NCBI GenBank assembly: GCA_965644265.1
Contig: OZ286468.1
Coordinates: 41,230,001-41,294,000 of the forward strand
Reading direction: 5' to 3'
DNA: 64,000 nt
Origin: Glycera tridactyla
Taxonomy: Eukaryota
A program made the translations under genes and the position numbers. Shown here piece after piece: positions 53,550 to 64,000 of this stretch (positions are counted from its first letter, which is position 1; each line of letters opens with the position of its first letter). The notes under the pieces are model-generated. The model had not been told where the DNA came from. It ran no database searches and saw nothing but the letters and a program-made list of their open reading frames with translations.

Positions 53550-53819
53550 TCCGTCAGCATCATCTCTGTCTCGGTCTTCTTGAACTCCGTCATCTTCATA
53601 GTCATTGTCATCAACTCGGTCGTCATTAAGTTTGACATTATTGTCATCATCATTATCAGTCATGCTCACCTTCTCTGTCATGCAACGCACTATCACCAAC
53701 AACCACAACACCATAGCCAAAACTTGCACCGCAATGATTTTAGGTGATATCATATCTGGTAGCACAATTCCGCAAAATGTCTAAAACGAATAGATTGAGT
53801 AACTGGCATGGGCAAGCCG

Positions 53820-54110
53820 TATATGCCAAGTACCCTGCCCAAGGTTCCTGTTGACTGTTATTCGAAATCAAATCAATATCTGATCTATGGAGGATGACAG
53901 ATGAATATATTTTCCTCAAACCATAAACCGAGTAGCCTACCCAGGGTTCTTTATATTTGTTTTCTAAAATCACATCGATATTCGATCTATGGCGGATGAC
54001 AAATGAATATGTTTTCCTCAAACCATGAACCAAGTATAGCCTACCGAGGGTTCCTTATATTTGTTATCCGAAATCATCTCGATATTCGATCTTTGTAGGA
54101 TGACAATTCA
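53820..54110. repeat. Three tandem copies of a ~100-bp unit
   Basis: agta.cct.ccc.agggtt.ct...ttgtt...c.aaatca.atc.atat..gatct.tg..ggatgaca occurs three times; single in the paralog at ~46870-46950. Confidence 0.8.
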
Positions 54111-56009
54111 ATAGATTTAGCAGGGTATCAGTTTTAAATATGACAGGTGAAGGCGGATTCGATTGTAGTTATCTTCAGAATGTTGTTTGAGTCTGTTTCA
54201 TCAATATAGTGATTGTCTATATCCTGGTCATAAATTGCAAAAGATAATGTATGCAATTGCTCTGGATATTTCCTCATTTATCAGACACCTGGATTCTTTG
54301 AAAATACATTCAGTTTGGTTATGTTCACATGTGGTTCTCGTTTCCAAATTGCACAATCAATGTGCTGATTCACTGGACTGTGACATCTGGTGATCACAGA
54401 AAATGTTATATTTGTCAAATCGTATTTTATTGACTTTTAACATCATACACCTATCATTTTTCCGTTCGTTTCATACACTCACCATCTTTTTCTGTGTTTT
54501 ATAATCGTAGTTAGGTCAACTTGTTTTCCGTCGTGTTGGATACGCCTCTTTTATAGGGTGATTGTATAAATGAGGAAACACAATAAAGAGGTATATCATA
54601 TCATATATGGGCATACATCTCATGATTTTCCGATCCAGTGTCTGCTATCTACAAATCGTGTGGAGGACCGACAGGGCCTATTACCAGCATGCTTGGCTCA
54701 ACAATTCTCCGTCGTTTTCGTTTTCGTCATGAAAGTCATATTCATTGTCTTATTTGCTATCTGTGTTCCCATCTTCTGCTTCAGTATCCATACCGTTTCA
54801 TAAGTCATACGAATTTGCCTATTTTAGCTATTCACTGTCGCACCAGACCTTTCTCCGTGTTTTATCATCGGCCCTTCCTATTTCATGTCATGTGTATCAA
54901 GCATGTCATGCTATAAATATGGTCGGTGATGTTGATACCATCACAATCATCTCTCTCGTTTCTCCTGATTTTCATTATTGTATTCCTCCACAGCATTATT
55001 TTACCACCATACCCAAAAACAAATTCGATGCCATGGCTAATACTAGCACTTTGCCCTCTCTGGTAGATGTCATATCTGGTGGGATTGATCGCACATAATA
55101 GTGTTTCCCTTCCATCTATTACCATGTCTCGTCATCTTCTCTTGCAAGGCGCTACAGAGCTCCCTCGACATGATGACATGCAATTCTCCGTACCAGAGTC
55201 TGATTACATTTAATTATCGAATGCTACATCTCAGAAACTGTCACCAAAGGCAAAGAACAAAAAAAGAGAGAAGGGATGGGCAACTTGGAGTGGAAGACAC
55301 GATGAGGGAACATACCTATTCTCATCTGTTTTTTAATCAGTCACGCATCCTCACTCAAAGCGAAAATCTCACCTCAATACCAGAAATATTATGATTAGAT
55401 TGCGTTCATTCGTGACTCGTTTAACTCCTAAACCCTATCCGAAAGAAAAATCTATGTGATGAAAAAGGCATCCGTTCTATACATGGAAGAAAACTGGAAA
55501 TTGCTGAATATGTCAATGTGATGGTTTACATTCAGGAATCTCTTACAATCAGTCCCAGTTTCACAATTACATTCATTGATATGCCCCGGCAAGCTTGGGG
55601 CTTCGTCCTGCACCTCCGGGGTACACAACATACTACACATGTTCTAGGTAAACTTCCCTCACTAGTGCCTAAAGATAACCACTTATGCCTTCATGGTATA
55701 GAGAATGCAAATTGTGTAGCTTCTCTTCTGGATGGCAGTTTAGAATTTCATAGGTCCCTCGTTTGCTGCACATCTGATGTTGAATGGTCAACCTCGTCTA
55801 TTTAAATCACCTAAATGATCCTCCCCCCCCCCCCCCTACTGTCCATTGAATGGCAACGACTACAAGTAGAAAGCAAGAGCAGCTCGTGGTGTTGCTCGCT
55901 CTCTCTCTCCCTACCCCGCCCCCTCGCTCTCTCTCTCCCTCTCGATCTCTCTATCTCTTTTTGAGCAAACAGCCAATCATCTAATCGAATGTTCATAGTA
56001 TCCATATTT

Positions 56010-56490
56010 TGTATAGTCAAGTGACTCACAAATGTGAACGAACAGACTATAGTCCGGCTATCGTAAAGAAAACAGCCGCAGCGCTTCAGCAGCCTCTTGC
56101 ATATTCATAAGATGGTATCCGTCGTCCTATTGGATACTACCTAGGACGATATGCAAATAGGACTGCAACAAAACTGAGGAGCGCATCGAAATTCGTTGAG
56201 ATTACACCGACAGGACACAGTATAGTCACTGCGAAGGAGATATTTTCTAACGAAAATATCTCTGGTTTTCTCCATTGGACAGAGCCGTCTCAAAGCAATA
56301 ATGTGAATATTTAAGTTTATATTCACATTATTCAGCTTTTGTTAGCATGATATAATCCGGAAGATTCCCCTGCCGCTCACGCCAAGCCACTGATGCAGTC
56401 TACTTACTGAGTTGTTATTCCTTCAACGTTCTCTATAGAACCAGTGACTTCAAACATTCCTCATATATTTCACGATACAGCTACTTTAAA
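56010..56490 (+). repeat. 5' LTR (right boundary uncertain: 56479 or ~56490)
   Basis: Starts TGTATAG; cgatACA at 56473-56479 is a near-inverse terminus; PBS follows at 56493; 3' LTR not in window. Confidence 0.65.
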
Positions 56491-56492
56491 TA

Positions 56493-56512
56493 TGGTGGAG
56501 CAATCGTGCGGG
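56493..56512 (+). promoter_or_regulatory. Primer-binding site, tRNA-Ala-like
   Basis: TGGTGGAGcaatcgtgcggg; TGGTGGAG is complementary to the CUCCACCA 3' end of eukaryotic tRNA-Ala. Confidence 0.55.
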
Positions 56513-56737
56513 TAGCAAATCGTGCAGGATCATGGAATATCGTACAGGGATATGCTAGGGACGGCTCTGTCGGGGGTATTACCCCCACTTTCGCGTATTT
56601 CGTTGGAAGTACTGGACTTTCGAGCTGAAAATGAAGGCAAGCTTTTAAGACTTCATGTGTGTTTTACCATGTGGATCGTGTATAGATGTGTGTCACACAA
56701 ACATTTTTGCATCGTAGTGCCTATGTTATAATTGACA

Positions 56738-59182
56738 ATGGATCGTGAAGAAGATATGGATGTCCCTGCAGACTTTGCAGAGGCGGATTTACCTGATTCT
56801 GATGATTCAGACACTATGGAAGTGGAGAAACCTGCAGAATTCGAGGTTGCAGATTCTCACGAGGAGATTTTATTTAAAATTCACCACGTAACGGATCATA
56901 TCGTGGGAGGAGATGTATTGGGATCTCCAAGAACAATGATTTCAAGAGTATTGGAATCTAATTTATCGATGCCGATGACCTCAACGCCAATGAAAAACAA
57001 TGAGCCATTTAGGCCTCCTATGGTAGATATAGACTCTCCATTCAATTTTGGAGCCGAGGGGGTATCTAAGGGAGCCGACGACACAGAAAAGGGAGCCGAC
57101 GACGCAGATAAGGGAGTCGACAACGCAGAAAAGGGAAGCGACGACGTGATGGACGACGACGAGGATCTCGACGACGATGTAGGCGAGGATGGAGATGAAA
57201 CGGTCAAATTCGTCGAACCAACAGTCAAGCTAAATGAAAGCAGCACGTTCGTCGATCAAGATGCCTTTGACAACCGTATCGCGGCATTCATGGCGGCAAG
57301 ACATACAGTCAAGAAGCAACCTAAGGACAGCTTTGACTATAATAACGATTCGACGCCATCGTTATCGTATCACGAGTCAGACGACAACGATAATTCAGGT
57401 GAGAACATTACTCCTCCACCTCCATATCAAGATTATTGGTCTGATTTGTCGTCTGATTCAGACGATGGTATTCTTGTAAAGTATGATTGTATGTCGGGTT
57501 TGCCAGTATACTATGATCCTTTTTCTGTACTAAATGATGATATGTTTGAGGATTCAAACCCTTCGGATCAAGAATCCGGAAACGGGTCACTTTGTGACGA
57601 ACAGGGAGGAGGAGATGATTTTGTAAAGATGCATAATCAATTGAATACTCCGTTTCGTGGGTCCTCAAGAAAAGGAGGAAAGACGAGCCGGAGAATTCCT
57701 GCTATGAGGAGCAGATATTCAACATCATCTATAGAAAAGGTTTTTCACGAAGAAAGTTCATCTGATTCAGAAAAATCAGAATATTCGTTGATTTCCGATG
57801 ATGATGATGATGAATTGAAATGGGATGGTTATATGGGTTTCCATAACGAAAAAGGAGTGATTAATGATTTTAATGACATGTCCATTTCTTATGGAGTCCA
57901 CACGATAGATGTACATGGGGGACCTTCCCAAGAGTTACCAAATTTTGCACCAGGGGACCAAGGGAAGGCCAAAATGAGTATCAAACTGCCGAAATTCAGA
58001 AGAACAATGAATCCGACAGAGTGGATGACCTTGTATGAAAGATATGCTTCGTTGAATGCACTGGGTGACAAGGAGAAGATGGATAACTTGGTATTTCACT
58101 TGTCACCAGAATTGTGGTCCTGGTATTCAGGAGAGACCATAACACCAACCACCACTTGGGCAGAATTGCAATCAGCCTTTTTGAATGAATTTTGCATACC
58201 CGATTGTAATGAGTATTCATATTTAGCGAATCTGTACAATATGAAACAAGGGGACAAATCTTGCAAAATTTGGGGAGATTCTGTCATTTCTGCTGTGCGA
58301 TTATTGCATAGAATGAAACAGGGGCAGAAAGTGGAAGGGGCAGTTTTTAGAGAAATGAAATCAATCATTCTGGCAGGAGCCAACCCTTTAACACGCCAGC
58401 AATTGCTAGTAAATGACCCACAGGACTACGAAACTTTAAAGGCAGCACTGATTTTAGTAACTGGCTTAGAAAGTGGTGCTCAGGGTACAAGTTTTGATAT
58501 GGAAACATTGAAAGAGGAAATTAGAAAAATGATGCCTGACATCATTTCGCCCATAGTAAAAGAATTGGTTCCGGGGACTGAAAATGGGGCTCACGCTCAA
58601 GGGGCCACAGGTCAAGGGGCTCGGCCAAAAACCAAGAGCAAGGGTGCAAAGGTAACTGTTGTCCAAAATGAAAAGGGTGATAATTCTAACCAGAATTCTT
58701 CAAATTTTGACATAAGAAATATTCAATGTTATGGGTGTAAAGAATATGGCCATTTTCGGAGTGAATGTCCGAATAAATCACGAAATAATTCCAAAGGAAA
58801 CAATGGAAATCGTGGAAATTCCGGACGAGGTCGAGGAGGTGGTCAAAATTCTGGAAAATCCAGAAATAACAATAAAGATCTAGCAGTCTGTCAGATTTGT
58901 CATAAACCTGGCCATACTGCTGCAAACTGTTTCCAGCTATTGCAGACATATACTAAGAACCAAATAACCTCTCGTATAGACCAAAGTCAGAATGAGCAGC
59001 ATCCAACTCAAATTCATGCTGTTATTGCTGATATGGTGTCTCAAAATCCTGGAAGAATTTCCGGATTTTCGGGACAACCTTCCGGCCTGACATCGGCTTT
59101 CTTCCGTGAAGAAACCGCGCGAAAACCGGATGGTAACCCTGAAGGCATGGTGTGTGTGATATATGAACAAGCTGAGACTTAA
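56738..59182 (+). CDS. gag: Gag: ~415-aa acidic N-terminal extension, capsid domain, two CCHC zinc knuckles
   Basis: 814-codon ORF from ATG 56738. Capsid-like KLPKF..PTEWMTLYERY..W..TWAELQSAFLNEF..LYNMKQG from 57983. CYGCKEYGHFRSEC (58727-58768) and CQICHKPGHTAANC (58889-58930). Ends at TAA 59180-59182. Confidence 0.92.
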   Translation: MDREEDMDVPADFAEADLPDSDDSDTMEVEKPAEFEVADSHEEILFKIHHVTDHIVGGDVLGSPRTMISRVLESNLSMPMTSTPMKNNEPFRPPMVDIDSPFNFGAEGVSKGADDTEKGADDADKGVDNAEKGSDDVMDDDEDLDDDVGEDGDETVKFVEPTVKLNESSTFVDQDAFDNRIAAFMAARHTVKKQPKDSFDYNNDSTPSLSYHESDDNDNSGENITPPPPYQDYWSDLSSDSDDGILVKYDCMSGLPVYYDPFSVLNDDMFEDSNPSDQESGNGSLCDEQGGGDDFVKMHNQLNTPFRGSSRKGGKTSRRIPAMRSRYSTSSIEKVFHEESSSDSEKSEYSLISDDDDDELKWDGYMGFHNEKGVINDFNDMSISYGVHTIDVHGGPSQELPNFAPGDQGKAKMSIKLPKFRRTMNPTEWMTLYERYASLNALGDKEKMDNLVFHLSPELWSWYSGETITPTTTWAELQSAFLNEFCIPDCNEYSYLANLYNMKQGDKSCKIWGDSVISAVRLLHRMKQGQKVEGAVFREMKSIILAGANPLTRQQLLVNDPQDYETLKAALILVTGLESGAQGTSFDMETLKEEIRKMMPDIISPIVKELVPGTENGAHAQGATGQGARPKTKSKGAKVTVVQNEKGDNSNQNSSNFDIRNIQCYGCKEYGHFRSECPNKSRNNSKGNNGNRGNSGRGRGGGQNSGKSRNNNKDLAVCQICHKPGHTAANCFQLLQTYTKNQITSRIDQSQNEQHPTQIHAVIADMVSQNPGRISGFSGQPSGLTSAFFREETARKPDGNPEGMVCVIYEQAET

Positions 59183-62100
59183 AGTTCTGATGTAGATGAG
59201 CAAACGGAAGACAAGAATGAAGGTATACATGCTATGATGAGTGTGGAATCTGAATCCGGCACGGTTTCGGCCAGGTTAGGTCATCTAAATACGATTCCAA
59301 TTGAAATTGAAAACATTCATCAGCAAGCAATGGTAGATACGGGCGCAGGAGTCAATCGTATAAGAAAATCGCTTTTTGACCTGATAAAGAACAAAATTTC
59401 ACATAATACTAGTGATCAGAAGGTTCTCAAAGATGCGCAAGGTCGATGGATGAATGTTTACGGAAGCGTGACGATTCCGGTCAAAATTGGCGGGAAATCG
59501 ATTTGAGAAATTTTCTACGTCGTTGAACATCTACCGCTTGCAGTGATTCTTGGTATTCCGTTCCTCGTCGAAAATGGCGTTATTATTAACTATAAGGAAA
59601 ATCAACTGAAGTTTTCACATACTGATATATGCGTGCTTATGACGCCTCTGAAATCGAACGAAATCTGCTTGAAACTTGCCACAAGGGTAGAATTTGAACC
59701 CTTATCATGGAAACAAGTGTCTTGTCTAGTAGATAAAGGTGAAAGAGAAACTTTAAAACCAGTTGAAAGTGAAAATTTGCAGAAAGAAAACAATATGTCA
59801 GAAGGTTTTGAAAATTCCATCGCAAAAGGCCAGGAATCGATTCAAGTTAAGATGAAACCTTGTTTATCGTATGAAAATCAACTCTCAGTGTTACCATCTA
59901 TATCTCACGTACAGCCGAATGGTGAATATATGATATGGGTTATGAATCATTCGAGTGAAAGTGTGGTGTTGCCTCCGGATTCTCACATTGCTACGTGTAT
60001 CTGTAAAAATCATTTTGCAAAAATAATACCAGTGGAGAAGCCAACGGGTCTTTGTATTGGACCTGGGGCACCAAAGGGATTTTCAGAAAATTCTACGAGT
60101 CCTACAGTGGGTTCTATACAGGTTTTGTGGCCTGAAATTCCTTATTCCACTCCGGTAGATGTGGTAGAAACAAGCGTTTCTGGCAGAACCATGGCAACCC
60201 AATCTGAGGTAGATATTCGAAATCAAACTCGGATACGTACTTTCAAACCTATCAATTGGAATGAAATTTTAAAATTAGAACCAACAGCTCAGAAATTCCG
60301 TCCAGAATTGCTAAAAATTCTAGAAGCCCATCGCGAAGCTTTCGCAATGGATTTGAATGAATTGGCAGTGATTCAAGACGTCTATCATAGAATAGAATTG
60401 AAGGCAGAGGCCACGGTAGTAAACCAAAGAGCCTATAGAATGCCGCCAGAAAATGAAGCTGAGTTGGAAAGGCAAATAGCCATGCTCGTAGAAGCTGGTG
60501 TTTTGATTCCTTCACAATCTATGTGGGGAGTGCCAGCTTTTATCGTTTATAAATACGATGTAAACGGACGACCTTATCGTCCTCGTCTTGTAGTGGATTT
60601 AAAGAAATTAAATGCCATGGTGGTGCCAGTTAATGCTCCAATCCCTACTGTGAATGATATTATCGATACGATAGCTGCAGGCAAAAATCGTGTGTTTTCT
60701 GTAGTAGATTTGGCCTCAGCTTTTTACGCAGTCCAGCTATCGGAAGATAGTAGAGATATCTGTTCTATCAATACAAGAAACGCTACTTACAGCTTCACCA
60801 AACTAGTGATGGGATTGAATAATTCTCCCATCATTTTCAACTTTTTGGTACAAAGATGCTTATCCACAATGGATCCAAGATACGTGGTTTCATATATAGA
60901 TGATATTCTTGTCATGACACCCGATTTTGAGACTCATATGGAAGTCCTGAATAGGTTGTTTTGGCGACTTAGACAGGTAGGATTGAGAATATCTCCCTCA
61001 AAGGTCGAATTTCTAAAATCGTCTGTCAAATTTCTGGGATACACTTTCAACAGATATGGGGTTCAGACTGACATGGAACGAATTGAGGCCCTTGTTAGAA
61101 TTCCTCCTCCAACCAGTGTAAAAGAGGTTCGTCAAATGATGGGTAGTTTCGGATATTTCAGAAGATTTGTGAAGGATTTTGCAAAATTGGCAGCGCCAAT
61201 CAATGAATTGTTGAGAAAGGACGAACCTTTCGTTTGGACACCAGCAAGGCAAAAAGCTCTCGATGCCATCAGGGCAGGGTTACTGAATAATGCAATTTTA
61301 TATTCACCAGACCCTAACAAGCCTTTTAACATTCATGTAGATGCCAGTGACAAGGCTATCGGTGCTGTGATATCTCAAAAAGATATCGAGGAAATTCTGA
61401 GACCATGTGCTTTTATTTCAAAAACATTGAATGAAAGTCAAAGAAAATATCATTCGAATGAAAAAGAAGTGCTCGCGCTGGTAGAAGCTTTAAAACATGG
61501 GGAGGTCTATATGGGACCAAATATCGAGATAGAAGTTCAGTCTGACAATCTGACTACAGTATACATGGACAGTCTGACAGCCAAGACAGGTAGACTGTAT
61601 CGATATAAGATGTATCTAAACAGATTCAATCTGAAAATTTCTCATAAGCCCGGTAGATTGAATAAAGTAGCCGATATGTTATCGAGAATGTCGTATGAAG
61701 GTCAACCCGTATTAGACGATAGGGAAGAACCTGACGACCATGTGCTTTTGAATTCACCAGAATGGCTTGGGGAAATTAACGAAATTTCTCAGAAAAAGGA
61801 GTTCACCGAAACATTTGGGACTCCGATAGACTCAGAGGGACTCGTTCTTGGTTTGGACTATGGTTCGGACTCAGATATTGAAGATGGGGTTGAAAGAGTG
61901 GACTTGTTTGATGATGAGGGACCGGTTGTATTATCAGATGAAGACGACGGGGAGTCTATTAATGACTTGACAACTTCCGCCCATCAACCATGCTCGAAAA
62001 CATCTGTGGTTAACCCGGCAGCGCCAAGGGTTGAAAAAGAAAACCCTCGGGATGTGTTAAATCAAATCTTGCGAAACGAAAAACCACAGGGTAAGGTGCT

Positions 62101-64000
62101 AGAATTTTTGGAAGAACTTCTAGGTGACGATGATACCTTGGATGCTGACAAATTACAAGAAATGAATCAAGCGGATTGTGAAGAAATCGCACAAGAACTG
62201 ATGAAAAATGCGAGATTACTATCGATAGAACAATCAGCAGACGCAGACTTTTCGGATATGTTTCAATATAAGAAATATAAAATTCTACCGGAAAATGCGA
62301 ATTCTTGTAAGAGAGTAATGGCTGAGGAAGACAAATTTTATCTGAACGAAATTGGAATTTTAATTCGAAAATTCCACCCTCAACCAGGCGAAAGAATGTA
62401 TCATCAAATAGTCCTTCCAAAAAGGCATAGGCTGAAAATAACGGCATTATTCCATCATGGAATTCATGGATCCCATCGAGGATTTCATTCGCTTTTACAT
62501 GCGATAAGACAGAGATTCTTCTGGCGAAACATGTATGATGAACTGTTACAATTCGTTCTATCTTGCGAAATTTGTGGTGCGGCCAAAAGAGACTATAGCC
62601 ATATAAAAACTCCTTTGCATATCAGACCGCCTGCCAGAGTGTTTGAAGTGATTCATCTTGATGTCCTCAAGGTGGCGCCAACGTCGACTGGTGATATAAA
62701 ACTATTAGTCATAGTTGATCGTTTCTCGAAACACTTTGAGATGATTCCAATAAAAGATGAAAGAGCAGAAACAATCGTGAATGCGCTATTAAAAGGCTGG
62801 ATATATCGATTTGGTCCACCAGGCCTAGTAATTCTTGATAACGCTGCAGCGCACCGCTCGGAGTTTTTCAGAACTATTGCGAATCAGTTTGGTATTACAT
62901 TGAGATTTATCACAAGCTGGCATCCGGCGGCGAATGCGGCTGTAGAACGAGTACATTCAACTATCCTAACCGCATTGAGAGCCCTTCTGTTAGAACACCC
63001 CAAAAGGCCTTGGACTACCTTTCTTGATCATATAAGATGGACTTATGATATAACTGCTCACACACAAGGTTTCACACCATTTGAAATGATGTATGGTTTA
63101 GAACCTCAACTCTCAGGTGATTTGAACCATGAACCACCTCTGGTTAAAGAAATTCCGGTGCAAGAGGTTTTAGGTTCATTATGGCCAGATATGGTTGCTA
63201 TGAGACAATCAGCCCTAAGAAAGTTAAGACTTGAATCTGGCTATATGAAGAGTCGATATGACATAAAGCATAATGCAAAATATAAAGGATTCAAAGTAGG
63301 AGATAGAGTATGGTTGAGGAAGGTATCGCCCGGAATACCCAGCCAGTATAAGATTGTACCAAAATATATGGGGCCATTCACAATCGTTTCATCACCTAGG
63401 CCAGGATTTCATCAGTTGAGATTTTTGAACCACACATTGAGCAAGTGTTTTCATGAAGAAAGGTTGAAACCTTATATCCCAGAAGAGAAAGCAACATTGA
63501 GGGTTCAAGAAAAATCTGAAACCGATCTTGACAAACAGACAGATAGTCAGACGGACAGACCAACCGCTGAACGGACGGATCAGGGAAGGGGTGTAGGTAA
63601 TACAGCTAGGTTACCGACTAGAAAAACAAGGTCAGCCCATCAGGTGCTAGACCAGAATAGAACCCCCAACCCTCCTGTCGTCCCACCAGTTGCGGGCACC
63701 CTTAATAGGGAACAGAGGGGGGCACAAGCAGCCACCCCCATTCCTGTGAAGTTGGCAGACGCCAACACACAACAGATAAAAATGTTGCATTCCAACCCTG
63801 AGCCAACGAACGGAAAGGGTACTCCTTCTAGGGATTTCAGCAAATTTCTGAAAATAACTGGAAGAATGCGAATGGATGGAAAGACATCATATTTTTGCAA
63901 TTTCAGAGGGCAAGATCCTATCTGGGTATCTGAGACAGACATTCCTTTAAAAATATTGAGAGACTTTGAGAGGGATTCTCCTTTACGACGAGTATCGAAA
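59183..64000 (+). CDS. pol: Pol: aspartic protease, dUTPase-like spacer, RT, RNase H, acidic insert, integrase, chromodomain-like C-terminus; one internal TGA; open to window end
   Basis: Manual translation in the gag frame: DTGA (59336), TGA (59504-59506), then no stop to 64000. YIDD at 60893-60904; RNase H DAS at 61340 and ADMLSR; HHCC at ~62454-62575; D 62660, D 62837, E 62945 (D,D35E); GPF at 63371. Missing from the ORF track because it has no stop inside the window. Confidence 0.95.

Larger units (their letters stand above)
53255..56009. repeat. ~3 kb direct duplication, copy 2, interrupted by the Gypsy element
   Basis: Collinear with 46120-49000 until tccatattt|TGTATAG. Confidence 0.9.
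56010..64000 (+). mobile_element. Ty3/Gypsy LTR retrotransposon (3' end beyond window)
   Basis: LTR-PBS-gag-PR-RT-RH-IN order; starts with TG exactly where similarity to the paralogous duplication breaks. Confidence 0.97.

Overview
Repeat-rich, low-gene-density eukaryotic (metazoan, probably marine invertebrate) genomic DNA from a draft scaffold with two N gaps. No rRNA, tRNA or CRISPR array was found. Main contents: (1) a young Ty3/Gypsy LTR retrotransposon from ~56010 running off the window end. It has a 5' LTR, a tRNA-Ala-like PBS, and gag and pol in one reading frame interrupted only by two stops. Its Gag has a ~415-aa acidic N-terminal extension and two CCHC knuckles; Pol is PR, dUTPase-like spacer, RT (YIDD), RNase H, an acidic insert, integrase with GPF motif and a C-terminal chromodomain-like module. 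It is inserted into one copy of a ~3 kb local duplication. (2) At least five decayed, mutually homologous minus-strand coding relics (1-505, 1560-2130, 6540-8365, 8440-9760, 33600-34860) that look like ZU5-UPA(-death domain) genes, with LRR-like relics upstream of some. (3) One convincing host exon (21318-21792, +) encoding a long Arg/Ser-rich N-terminus followed by a tetraspanin-like first TM helix. (4) Fossil CR1 and I/Nimb LINEs, Helentron-associated HINE/DINE-1-like elements, TA-flanked Tc1/mariner-type MITEs, SINE-like fragments, micro/minisatellites and local duplications. All domain calls come from manual translation and remembered family motifs, not database searches.
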